51,696 nt of DNA, taken from Candidatus Saganbacteria bacterium (GTDB lineage: Bacteria; Margulisbacteria; WOR-1; O2-12-FULL-45-9). The DNA lies in the NCBI GenBank assembly GCA_013204645.1, contig JABMSE010000125.1:1-51696 (forward strand), written 5' to 3'. The translations under genes were made by a program, and so were the position numbers. Shown here piece by piece: positions 26,180 to 35,622 of this stretch (position 1 is the stretch's first letter; the number at the start of each line of letters is the position of its first letter). Under the pieces are notes generated by a model. It did not search any database and had not been told where the DNA came from. It was given only the letters and a program-made list of their open reading frames with translations.

Positions 26180-28479
26180 TAGTACCTCTTAATCGATCCT
26201 TCTTTTTTTAACCCCTTAATTTCCTTTTCAAGACTCTCCATATAGAAACCCCGACCCGAAGACATCCCAATAGGCTCATCTGGCAACGCCTTCAAACTAA
26301 AGCTAATACTAAATTCTTTGCGAAAATCAGAATAGGTGTATTGTAATTCCCAGCAATGCAGGTCTTTAACAATTATTATATCACGAACCTTAAACTGCCC
26401 GGTGCCAGATTCGTAGACCTGACTTAAGCGAAAATGCCATTGATTGAGCTGGCCTCGTAAAAGGAAAAGATCATACAAAATGCTTCCGGAGTTAATATTA
26501 CCAGTGTTAATATCACTAACACTTGAAAAGGTAAGATCTAAAAAAGAGGAGGGAGAAAGACTCAAGCTATTTATAAGATTCTTATAGCGCTTATTTTCGA
26601 TATCCCACCCCAAACGTGATCTCCAAGACAACCTTGTGCTAGGCTTAAACAACAAATTGCCATTAACATCAAACCAAGTATGAGTTTGCCAGTTATGACC
26701 GGAATCAAGGGTTAAACGCACCTTATTCAAATAATAAAAGGTCATGGTATCTACCAGGCTGTGATAATTGGTAGAAAGCTGATCAAACAAAAAAGGTGTA
26801 TTTCCGTCACTTTTGCCTTTTCTATAATAAATGCTATTCTTAAAAAAATCAAAAAGATCAGTGCTTAATTGTGCCGATTCACGATAAGTATACATCTGAT
26901 CACCGGGCCCATAAAGAAATTGATCTATTCCTGCCAACAAGGTAGCCGTTGTCCCAAGTCCCAACTTAAGGCTTTTCTTTGCATCCAAAGTAGCCTGATA
27001 GCGCTCAGTTGAAAAATCACGGTTGGCAGCAAGTGCTGAAACATAGGCTACCTCATGATAATGCCCATAGCCAAAGGAAGGGGCTAATTTAAAAAAAGTA
27101 AAATCAAGCGCCTTGGGAAAAACTACAATTTCTGGCTTCTTTTCCAGATATTGAAAGGAATCATCGCCTAAATAGCTGTCTTCATCCAGATCAATATAAA
27201 AGTTCTCCGTAAAGCGCCATGAATATTTTTTTTCCCTACCAACAATCTCAACAAAAGGCTCCAAGCGCTCATCCCCTGGCTCCCCACTGTCCGCCACATT
27301 GTTATAATAACTGGCGCGGGTAGTAAGCATCACGCGATCAGAGAACAAGGGGCGGCGAAACTGAAACCTTTGAGAAGCACGAATCCATTTTGGATCACTT
27401 TTTGAAAAATCGTAATTAAAATTATAATTGGTAGATATTTTTTGATAGGCCTGGGAAAAGGCTAGAGAATATTTCTGAAGAGAAGCGATGCGATCATCAA
27501 AGGTCTTTAAATTTAGATTCCAGCGCGCGGAATCTTTAAAACCCAAATCCATTCCAAATCTGGTCTGATCCCTTCTGCCGGAAGGGATCAGATAGGTAGT
27601 ACTATAATCATGCGAAAGTTTCAAGGTGGTAGCAGAATTAAGTTGCTTGGTGTGGTTTATACGCGTTACCCAATCAGTTATGTGGGTATCCTTTTCTTGA
27701 AGATGATATAAATAGAGGGAGCCAGCACCCAACGCCCCCAGAGCATAAGGTACTTGAGATCCTAGCCCTAAGCCCTTCTTTTGCATAAGATCCACATAAA
27801 GGATGCCATAAGGATACCCCCAAGAAGATTTGATAAAATCCCCTTCTACTTGATTGTGCCCAAATACCCAGTTTTTTTCTCTTTTTTTACTCAAATCATA
27901 AACCATATAGGGCATGAACCAAACCGGCAGCTTGCCGGCAAAAAGATAAACATTTCTTCCGACTATCTTGTCATCGGGGTAATATTCAATTTTGTCCGCC
28001 GTAAAAAAGAAATGGGGGATTTTATACTCACAAGTAGTCACTAATCCATCCTCCCCCAGCATTTTGTTTCGCAAATCAACCAACTCACCGGAGCTAACAA
28101 AAAGGCTTCCCTTTATTCGGCTAGGAGAAAGTTGGGATGAAAAATTGGAAAAGGTAGAAAACTGTGTATTAGCATCATAGCGGACCTTGTCCGAGCGGGC
28201 CTGATAATCCTTGGCAATCATTAAAACACGACCCTCAGCAGTTGCAATATTTGTTTCTGAATCAATCGACACCTTATCCGCATAGATAATTATTTCTTTT
28301 AATTTGATCTCAACTTTCCCGGTGGCTTCAATTATTTTTGTTTCTTCAATATACTTTAGATTTTCGGCCTTTATATTAACCGGAATGTCTTGGGCAAAAA
28401 GAGGAAGGACAAAAAGAAATAATAAGTAACAAGTAATAAGTAACAAGTAAAGGAATAAATTATTTATATGATGTCGCAA
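26179..28479 (-). CDS. lptD: LptD/OstA-like outer membrane protein
   Basis: Signal peptide, then an OstA-like N-terminal domain (IKAENLKYIEETKIIEATGKVEIK...ADKVSIDSETNIATAEGRV), then a large beta-rich C-terminal part. The context is Lpt/Lnt genes. Confidence 0.65.
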   Translation of the reverse strand: MRHHINNLFLYLLLITCYLLFLFVLPLFAQDIPVNIKAENLKYIEETKIIEATGKVEIKLKEIIIYADKVSIDSETNIATAEGRVLMIAKDYQARSDKVRYDANTQFSTFSNFSSQLSPSRIKGSLFVSSGELVDLRNKMLGEDGLVTTCEYKIPHFFFTADKIEYYPDDKIVGRNVYLFAGKLPVWFMPYMVYDLSKKREKNWVFGHNQVEGDFIKSSWGYPYGILYVDLMQKKGLGLGSQVPYALGALGAGSLYLYHLQEKDTHITDWVTRINHTKQLNSATTLKLSHDYSTTYLIPSGRRDQTRFGMDLGFKDSARWNLNLKTFDDRIASLQKYSLAFSQAYQKISTNYNFNYDFSKSDPKWIRASQRFQFRRPLFSDRVMLTTRASYYNNVADSGEPGDERLEPFVEIVGREKKYSWRFTENFYIDLDEDSYLGDDSFQYLEKKPEIVVFPKALDFTFFKLAPSFGYGHYHEVAYVSALAANRDFSTERYQATLDAKKSLKLGLGTTATLLAGIDQFLYGPGDQMYTYRESAQLSTDLFDFFKNSIYYRKGKSDGNTPFLFDQLSTNYHSLVDTMTFYYLNKVRLTLDSGHNWQTHTWFDVNGNLLFKPSTRLSWRSRLGWDIENKRYKNLINSLSLSPSSFLDLTFSSVSDINTGNINSGSILYDLFLLRGQLNQWHFRLSQVYESGTGQFKVRDIIIVKDLHCWELQYTYSDFRKEFSISFSLKALPDEPIGMSSGRGFYMESLEKEIKGLKKEGSIKRY
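28421..28453. repeat. Perfect 14-nt tandem duplication (two 7-nt subunits each) at the 5' end of the LptD-like gene
   Basis: aataagtaacaagt aataagtaacaagt aaagg. This encodes LLLITCYLLF of the signal peptide. Confidence 0.7.
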
Positions 28480-28504
28480 AACAACTCCATCATGGGATAC
28501 TTAG

Positions 28505-30883
28505 CTACGCAGACTTATACATAAGCCGTTTCTCTGAAAGCTCAGTTAACACATCAAAGTTCCCCGGACGTCTATAAAGATCAATCGCTCGCCTGATCTC
28601 CCCTTTAAGATAACAGATGTCCCCCAGATTAATACAAACGCCGTTATTCTCGGGATCAAGCGTATAAGCCTTTTCTATTTCAGAACTGCCGCGATCAAAA
28701 TCCCCCAGCATAAAATATATCAGCCCTAGATTATTGCGAAAAACAACTGAATGGGGTTCAATCTGAACCGCACTTTCTAGTTTTATCTTTGCCTCAGCAA
28801 TTTTACCCTCTTTGACCAAGGAAACCCCTAAGTTGTTTAAGGCAGTGGCAAAACCCACATCCAAGCTAACGGCTAGCTGAAATTCCTCCAGGGCCGCCTT
28901 ATACATTCCTTTCATAAAATACTCAAATCCAGAAACATTATGGTTCTGCCCAAAAGAAAGACTAACCTCTTCTTTGCGACTTCCCTTAATATTTTTGCCC
29001 TCCCTTCCCCAAAGGACTACCATACGATTAGTTTTGGGATCCGACAATACCATAAGCAAAGCTTTGCCCTTAATGCTTTTCAAGCTAGTTGTTTTAAGAT
29101 ATTTGACCCTTTTCTTTAAGGCTCCAAAATCAATATCCTCCTGAAGAATAGATTCATAAACCTTTAAAGCCTTGTTAATCTGGCCTTGTGCTTCGTGACA
29201 AGTCCCAAGATTAAAACGAACAGTACGGATAAAATCGCAAAGCTCCAGAGGGGCCAACTCCAAAGCCTTGTTGAATTGGGCAGCAGCTAAATCGAAACGC
29301 CCCTCCCCCCGATATATTCCCCCTAAAAGATTGGCTGAAAAAGGAGCCCGGGATTGGTCCTTTTGGGCGATCTGTAACTGACGAATAGCTTCTTCCCGTA
29401 AATCTTTTTCAATATAGAGTTTTGCTAAATCGAGATGAAAAGAAATCCTCCAGGGGTCCTCAATTAATCTTTCGCGTAGTTTTGAAATTTCCAAATCAAT
29501 TTCCTTTTCTTTTGCCTTTTGATATTCATTCTGGACCGAAACATTAAAGGGATCAATCAAAAGGGCCGTATGTAAAACCTTTACTGCCTTGCGACAAAGC
29601 TTCAAGTTGGAATAGGCTTCCCCCAAAAGGAGATAGGCCTCTGAAAATTTTTTATCGACCAAAATAATCTCTTCGGCGCATGTCACAGCCTTCTGAAAGT
29701 CGCCCGACGCCAGGTAAGCCCTTCCCAGAACTAAACGTGCCAAAAGGAGTTGGGGGTGGGATTTAATAACATCTCTACATCTTAAAATAACTGAGGAGGC
29801 AGAGCTTGGATCCATCTCTAACATATTCTTAAATTCGTTCAAGGCTTCTTTTATCTGATTTTTATATAAGAAGGCCTCTGCAAGATATGCTCGCGCCAGG
29901 ACCTGGTTGGGACAAAACTCCAAAACCGCCTGATAGCCACGCATTGCTTCTTCGATTAACTCTGGCTTAGCCCGCGCCAGCCGATAATAGTTTTCAATCG
30001 CCTCGCTGAAATTTCCCTGTGTTTTAAGGACCTCTGCTAAAGCTAAGGTGGCAGAAGGGTGACCAGGATAGTTTTTCAAGATCAGCCTTAATTTGGAAAC
30101 GACGCTATCGGTCTTGGTAGCATCTAAACGTACAATCTCAGAAAGTTTTAAAACCGCGGCGTCGGGCTTAATCGATACCCGATAAATATCCGCCAGGATT
30201 TCACGAATGAAAACATTTCCCTCTAATTTCTTCAAAAGATCTTCAAGGCGCTGAATCACTTCATGACTAACTTCGGGGTCATCGGAGAACATTTCCTGGT
30301 AACTTTTTGCTGCACGATTATATTCCTCGGTACGCGTAAAAAGTTCTCCTAAAATGCGTAAAATCTTTTTATCCCCGGGCCGATAATTTAAAATATCTTC
30401 ATAGAAGGTTATGGCTTCTTTTATGCGTCCCTTTTCAAGATAAGCCCCAGCCAGGTTTTCTGAAAGAGAAACGTCGGAAACACCCTCTCTAAGAGAATGC
30501 TCGAGCAACAAGATAACTTCGTCCATCCTACCCTGTTTTGCCAAAATTCTACCCAAGAGATTATAAGCCTCAACATTTTTAAGGCCGAGCTCAATCATTT
30601 CCTCAAGTTCTAAAATGGCACAATCAACTTCCCCTGAAAAAAGCCTAAAGCCAGTCAAAGATAGGCGCACCCCAAGTTTTTCCGGATCTTTTTCAATTTC
30701 CTCTTCATAATCCAAAATTATTTCTGAGAAAAGATGGGGACAAACACGTTGTGCCTGATAGTAATGGTTTTTGGCTAATTTGTAATGGCCTTCCTTTAAA
30801 TAATACTGGCCTACCGCGCGTAAGGCCTGCGCATTATCCGGATCCCTTTTTAAAATTTCCCTTATCTCACTTAAATCTTGCAT
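28505..30883 (-). CDS. Tetratricopeptide (TPR) repeat protein
   Basis: 792 aa with recurring A..Y..AL...P TPR heptads throughout. No TM segment was seen. Confidence 0.7.
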   Translation of the reverse strand: MQDLSEIREILKRDPDNAQALRAVGQYYLKEGHYKLAKNHYYQAQRVCPHLFSEIILDYEEEIEKDPEKLGVRLSLTGFRLFSGEVDCAILELEEMIELGLKNVEAYNLLGRILAKQGRMDEVILLLEHSLREGVSDVSLSENLAGAYLEKGRIKEAITFYEDILNYRPGDKKILRILGELFTRTEEYNRAAKSYQEMFSDDPEVSHEVIQRLEDLLKKLEGNVFIREILADIYRVSIKPDAAVLKLSEIVRLDATKTDSVVSKLRLILKNYPGHPSATLALAEVLKTQGNFSEAIENYYRLARAKPELIEEAMRGYQAVLEFCPNQVLARAYLAEAFLYKNQIKEALNEFKNMLEMDPSSASSVILRCRDVIKSHPQLLLARLVLGRAYLASGDFQKAVTCAEEIILVDKKFSEAYLLLGEAYSNLKLCRKAVKVLHTALLIDPFNVSVQNEYQKAKEKEIDLEISKLRERLIEDPWRISFHLDLAKLYIEKDLREEAIRQLQIAQKDQSRAPFSANLLGGIYRGEGRFDLAAAQFNKALELAPLELCDFIRTVRFNLGTCHEAQGQINKALKVYESILQEDIDFGALKKRVKYLKTTSLKSIKGKALLMVLSDPKTNRMVVLWGREGKNIKGSRKEEVSLSFGQNHNVSGFEYFMKGMYKAALEEFQLAVSLDVGFATALNNLGVSLVKEGKIAEAKIKLESAVQIEPHSVVFRNNLGLIYFMLGDFDRGSSEIEKAYTLDPENNGVCINLGDICYLKGEIRRAIDLYRRPGNFDVLTELSEKRLMYKSA

Positions 30884-30923
30884 AAAATATATTTTTTATC
30901 CCTCGATACTCGCAGGACAAATT

Positions 30924-30958
30924 TTTTACTTTTGAATTTTTACTCTTTACTTTACTTG
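30924..30958. repeat. 7-nt-period tract in the lptF/G-TPR intergenic spacer
   Basis: ttttact tttgaat ttttact ctttact ttacttg. Confidence 0.45.
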
Positions 30959-32028
30959 TACCAGCTTTCCCAGCACAAAAACCCAGCTCCAATAACAACA
31001 AAAGCTACCTGAGGGGTAAAAGCTGCCAGAGCCGGAGAAATAACACTACCACGTCCCAGCGACCTGAAAACTGAAGCGAAAACATAAAAAGTAAACATAA
31101 ATACTATCGTCATCACCATTCCCCAAGTCCTTCCCGAACGAGGAGATGAAAGCGAAAAAGGTATCCCAATCAAGGCAAAGACAAAACAGGTAGCAGGAAC
31201 AGAATATTTCATTAGCAATTCGGTCTTCAGAGCATTGGTACTCATCCCACCTTTGCCCAGCATACCAATCATATTTTTAAGCTCTCCTGAATCCATCTCC
31301 TTATAGGTCTTTTGTTCGGTAAAGCTTAAAACATCTTCAGAAACATTAAGCTTCATATCGGAAAATACGGCTTCATAAGTTAAGAAGCCTTTTTGATCAT
31401 ATTTATGTATTACTCCCTCTTTTAGGTCCCATATCCTGGCACCAAAATTGGCCTTTTTAGCCAAAATTACCCGGGGGAACTTTTCGCCGGTAACTTCGTA
31501 AACCATGACATCTTCCATGCTTTTGTTTTTCATATCCACACGACGAGCATAATAATGTCTATTATGCGCATCTTTAAAAAACATATTCTCGGCTACTTCG
31601 GGGAGGGGTCTTTTATGAATAATTTGGCGAATAATATTGGAGGAAATATGATTGGCATAAGGAACAATTTGTTCACTGTTGAGGTAAGAAAAAAAACTAA
31701 TAACGATGCCAAAAACAAGAATGGGCACTGAAATTCTAAAAAGAGAAATACCCGAAGTACGCAAAGCAATAATTTCACTGTCCTTTGAAAGGCGCCCCAG
31801 AACCATAGCAGTGGCAAAAAGGGTAGAAACAGGGAAAGTAAAAACCATGATGGAGGGCAATTTATAAAACAAAAGTTTAAGCACTGCCCACAAAGGAACC
31901 CCTTTGTTAATAATCAAATCCGCCATGGTAAAAAGCAAATCAACCGCCATGACCAGCACAAATCCTACGACCCCAATCAAGAACGGTCCAATCATCTCAG
32001 ACAAAACATAGCGATCAAGAATCTTCAT
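30952..32028 (-). CDS. LptF/LptG family permease (second paralog)
   Basis: MKILDRYVLSEMIGPFLIGVVGF. The architecture matches 21570..22661. Confidence 0.8.
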   Translation of the reverse strand: MKILDRYVLSEMIGPFLIGVVGFVLVMAVDLLFTMADLIINKGVPLWAVLKLLFYKLPSIMVFTFPVSTLFATAMVLGRLSKDSEIIALRTSGISLFRISVPILVFGIVISFFSYLNSEQIVPYANHISSNIIRQIIHKRPLPEVAENMFFKDAHNRHYYARRVDMKNKSMEDVMVYEVTGEKFPRVILAKKANFGARIWDLKEGVIHKYDQKGFLTYEAVFSDMKLNVSEDVLSFTEQKTYKEMDSGELKNMIGMLGKGGMSTNALKTELLMKYSVPATCFVFALIGIPFSLSSPRSGRTWGMVMTIVFMFTFYVFASVFRSLGRGSVISPALAAFTPQVAFVVIGAGFLCWESWYK

Positions 32029-32219
32029 TCAGCTTCCTTGCGGCGTTTTTGCTCACGTCTCCTAGCAGCCTCTTTTTTCTTTCTTTTGCGCTGAGAAGGC
32101 TTCTCATAAAATTCGCGATCTTTTATCTCATCCAAAACCCCTTCCCGTCTAAGCTTGGTCTTAAACTTACGCAGAGCTTTTTCAAGGGCTTCCCCTTTTC
32201 TTAGTTCTACTTTAATCAT
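32025..32219 (-). CDS. rpsU: 30S ribosomal protein S21
   Basis: MIKVELRKGEALEKALRKFKTKLRREGVLDEIKDREFYEKPSQRKR. Confidence 0.9.
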   Translation of the reverse strand: MIKVELRKGEALEKALRKFKTKLRREGVLDEIKDREFYEKPSQRKRKKKEAARRREQKRRKEAE

Positions 32220-32252
32220 GTTTTCCCTCCTTTCTTCTCAATGACTAATTCG

Positions 32253-32942
32253 TCATTTCTTGTTATGTTCGTATTCCAAACAACACATCAGCCTCCCACA
32301 AATTCCCGAAGTCTTAGTAGGAGAAATTGAGAGGCCCTGTTCCTTTACCATTTTAACCGTAACATGCCGAGGCTTTTCTAGCCAGACCGAACAACAAAGT
32401 GGTCGACCGCACGGCCCCAAGCCCCCCAAGATGCGGGCTTCCTCCCGGGGAGATATCTGGCAAAGATTTACCCGGGCTCCCAAAGTGCTCGACAAATCCC
32501 GGGTTAAATCCCGCAAACTCCGAACCTTTTTTCCCTGCTCAACCTTATAATAGATAATCACACGGTTGGTATCAAATAAATATTCAATATTCACCATTTT
32601 GACCGGAAGCTCATGCTCCAGCACTTTCTGGGTGGCAGCCGTCATGGCTTTTGCTTCTAACACGGAAAGACTTTTTGTTTTTTCTAGGTCCTCTTCCGTC
32701 GCATAACGAATTACCTTTTTTAGATTTACATCTCGAGAAAGGGCCTTGGGCAGTCCCTGGCGATAGGCAACAATTTCACCATATTCGATTCCCCGGTCAG
32801 TTTGAACAATAACTGATGCCCCCACCCTGATCGTTTCCTCACGATAACCGGTGATAGGACAAACGCGATTAAATTTGCGAAGTTTAATCGCCATACGTTG
32901 TTTATCTAAAATTTGTTTATCTGGCATTTTATTGTCGCGCAA
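32253..32942 (-). CDS. PSP1 domain protein (YaaT/RicT-like)
   Basis: LGGLGPCGRPLCC...CGRLMCCLEYE is a Cys-rich PSP1 C-terminal region. It lies downstream of holB, as in many bacteria. An alternative start MPDKQ is at 32927. Confidence 0.75.
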   Translation of the reverse strand: MRDNKMPDKQILDKQRMAIKLRKFNRVCPITGYREETIRVGASVIVQTDRGIEYGEIVAYRQGLPKALSRDVNLKKVIRYATEEDLEKTKSLSVLEAKAMTAATQKVLEHELPVKMVNIEYLFDTNRVIIYYKVEQGKKVRSLRDLTRDLSSTLGARVNLCQISPREEARILGGLGPCGRPLCCSVWLEKPRHVTVKMVKEQGLSISPTKTSGICGRLMCCLEYEHNKK

Positions 32943-33612
32943 GCCTTAAACACATCACATCCAAGGCCAGCTTTAGGTTCGCCCTCCTTTTTATATAACG
33001 CAAAGTATCCAAAATAATCCTAGCTGAAGAAACATCGCGAAGCTCATAGCGGGCAAAATGCACTAAATCATAAAGTAATTCATCAATCTTTTTCTTTTCT
33101 TTTTCTATTTTTCTTGATAGCTCCAAGGGTTTTGTTTTTTTAATGTCCTTTAAGTCCATGTAAAAGGGATTAGCTTGACCCATTTCCCACTCCCCACTTT
33201 CTTCGGGAAAAACGATTTTTTGGCAGCGGGATAAAATAGTCGGCAAAAGCTTGTCTCTCTTCTCGGCTAATAAAATAAAAACAACCCCTGGGGCAGGCTC
33301 TTCTAAGGTTTTTAAAAAAGCAGCTGCAGCCTGATCGGTTAGATTATCCGCTCCATAAACGATAGCTACAAGATAGCGGCTAGCCGATGGACCGTATCTT
33401 ACCGCAGTTTGAAGCTCTCGAATTTGATCAATTTTCAAACTGGTTCCGCTTGGGGAAAGCAAAAACCTATCCTGTTTTTTGCACCCCAATTGATCACAAA
33501 AATCTTCTGCCGCCTCTTTTTTAAAAGGCCCAGGAGGTCCCACAAAAAGGTAAGCGCTGGCCACCCGATCGCTTTTTACAATCCCATCCAAGATCTTCTT
33601 TGTCCGCGACAT
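32929..33612 (-). CDS. holB: DNA polymerase III delta-prime subunit (short form)
   Basis: AYLFVGPPGPFKK is a degenerate P-loop. Also present are LKTLEEP and LSRCQKIVF. Confidence 0.7.
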   Translation of the reverse strand: MSRTKKILDGIVKSDRVASAYLFVGPPGPFKKEAAEDFCDQLGCKKQDRFLLSPSGTSLKIDQIRELQTAVRYGPSASRYLVAIVYGADNLTDQAAAAFLKTLEEPAPGVVFILLAEKRDKLLPTILSRCQKIVFPEESGEWEMGQANPFYMDLKDIKKTKPLELSRKIEKEKKKIDELLYDLVHFARYELRDVSSARIILDTLRYIKRRANLKLALDVMCLRLARQ

Positions 33613-33663
33613 TTGGATTCATTATAACACGATTTTGGTAGGGAAAAAAGAAGCAGCTATTAG

Positions 33664-35622
33664 TTAACGATGCACGTCGTAGACGTCGGATAGTTTCTGA
33701 ATTGCCTTGATAACTTGCTCAAGATGGTTTCGGTCTTTTACATCCACGGTCAAACGCAGGAAAGCAGAACTACCACGCTTAGCAGAACCTTTTGCGGCTG
33801 AAACATTGGTTTTGATCTCGGAAATTTGCGCCAGAATATCCTTTAGGACTCCCATGCGATCAAAGGCCTCGACCTCAATTTCTACGGGAAAAAGCATCTC
33901 GCTTTGAGGATTCCACTCAACTTTGACAATGCGCTCCTTTGGGGTTTCAGAGCTTACAACATTTTTGCAATCCCGACGATGGACAGCAATGCCGCGGCCA
34001 CGGCTAACAAACCCTATGATTTCTTCTCCCGGAATGGGACCGCAACATTTAGAAAACCTCACCAGTACATTTTGCAAGCCAGAAACCGTCACCGCGGATT
34101 TGGCCCTTACACGAGGGCGTGGAACCAAGAGCGGCTTTACCATTTTCTCCTCTTGGGCTACAATGGCTTTGGCTGCCTCGGCTTTCTTTTCCCCTCTTTG
34201 TTTCTTAAACCAGTTTCTTATCTTTACCCGTGCGCCAGCCGTTTTCACAAACCTTAACCAGTCCTGGCTAGGATGGTCCTTTTTGGCCGTTAAAACTTCT
34301 ACAATATCCCCATTACGCAAGCAAAACTCTAGCGGGACAATCCGACCATTTACCTTTGCCCCTACGGTCCGATGCCCAACTTCGGTATGTACATGATAAG
34401 CAAAATCAATCGGAGTTGCTCCGTTGGGCAGCCCAAAAACATCACCCTTAGGAGTAAAAACAAAAACCTCATCTATAAACAGATCAATCTTTAGGCTTTC
34501 CATGAAATCTTTGGCGTCCTTTAGCTCATCCTGCCACTCCAGCATTTGCCTAAACCAAGACATCTTTTGGTCCATACTTTTATCGGTTGCACCTTCTTTA
34601 TAACGCCAGTGTGCAGCAATCCCATACTCGGCAATTTTATGCATTTGTGCGGTTCGAATCTGCACTTCAACCGGCTTTCCCTCGGGACCAATTAAGGTAG
34701 TATGCAATGATTGGTAACCGTTTGATTTTGGCATAGCAATATAATCTCTGAATCTTCCCGGAATAGGCTTCCAGGCTGCATGCACCACCCCCAAAACTGC
34801 ATAACATTCCTTAATGGTATCAACAATTATGCGAACCGCAGTCAAATCATAGATCTCATCAAATTCAATATTCTGGTCTACCATTTTATGGTAGATACTA
34901 TAAAAATGCTTGGGACGACCATTAATTTCTGCCTTAACTCCTACTCTTTTCAACAATTCTTTGGCTTGTTTAATATAGCCCTCAATATAGGCCTCTCGAT
35001 CTCCTCGACTCTCGACTACTTTATTTCTTATTTCATTATATTTATCTGTCTCCAGATAAAGAAAGGAAAGGTCCTCCAATTCCCATTTAAGGCGCCACAT
35101 TCCCAGGCGGTGGGCCAAAGGAGCAAATATTTCACCGGTTTCAAGCGCGGTTTCTTTTTGTTTAGCAGGAGGAAGGTATTTGAGCGTTCTCATATTATGC
35201 AGGCGGTCTGCCAACTTAATAATTATAATGCGGAAGTCTTCACCCATGGCAACAAACATTTTACGGAAATTTTCTGCTTGCCGAACTTCACGGCTAACAA
35301 AAGTAAGTTGGCTAAGCTTTGTGACTCCCTCAACTAATCTGGTTATTTCTTCGCCAAAAATTTTTAAAATGTCTTCCCGGGTAACGTCAGAATCTTCAAC
35401 AACATCATGTAAAAGCGCAGCAGAAATGGTCAGGGGATCCTGCTCCAAATCAGCCAGGATCAGGGCTACGGCCAAGGGATGGGTTATATAGGGGTCTCCG
35501 GAAAGTCTTTTATGTTCTTTGTGGTATTCCTTAGCAAAGAGAAAAGCCTGCGCGATAATATCAAAATCGGCTTTTGGGTTATAAACTTTAATTTTTTTTA
35601 CTAAATCATCAAATTCTTTCAT
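33664..35622 (-). CDS. rel: Bifunctional (p)ppGpp synthetase/hydrolase, canonical long RSH
   Basis: HD motifs: HPLAVA, LLHDVVEDS, KLADRLHNMRTL. Synthetase motifs: GRPKHFYSIYHKM, DLTAVRIIV, RFRDYIAMPKSNGYQSLHT, VEVQIRT. TGS motif: VFTPKGDV. Zinc-finger motif: FSKCCGPIPGEEIIGF...HRRDC. An ACT domain follows. Confidence 0.9.
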   Translation of the reverse strand: MKEFDDLVKKIKVYNPKADFDIIAQAFLFAKEYHKEHKRLSGDPYITHPLAVALILADLEQDPLTISAALLHDVVEDSDVTREDILKIFGEEITRLVEGVTKLSQLTFVSREVRQAENFRKMFVAMGEDFRIIIIKLADRLHNMRTLKYLPPAKQKETALETGEIFAPLAHRLGMWRLKWELEDLSFLYLETDKYNEIRNKVVESRGDREAYIEGYIKQAKELLKRVGVKAEINGRPKHFYSIYHKMVDQNIEFDEIYDLTAVRIIVDTIKECYAVLGVVHAAWKPIPGRFRDYIAMPKSNGYQSLHTTLIGPEGKPVEVQIRTAQMHKIAEYGIAAHWRYKEGATDKSMDQKMSWFRQMLEWQDELKDAKDFMESLKIDLFIDEVFVFTPKGDVFGLPNGATPIDFAYHVHTEVGHRTVGAKVNGRIVPLEFCLRNGDIVEVLTAKKDHPSQDWLRFVKTAGARVKIRNWFKKQRGEKKAEAAKAIVAQEEKMVKPLLVPRPRVRAKSAVTVSGLQNVLVRFSKCCGPIPGEEIIGFVSRGRGIAVHRRDCKNVVSSETPKERIVKVEWNPQSEMLFPVEIEVEAFDRMGVLKDILAQISEIKTNVSAAKGSAKRGSSAFLRLTVDVKDRNHLEQVIKAIQKLSDVYDVHR

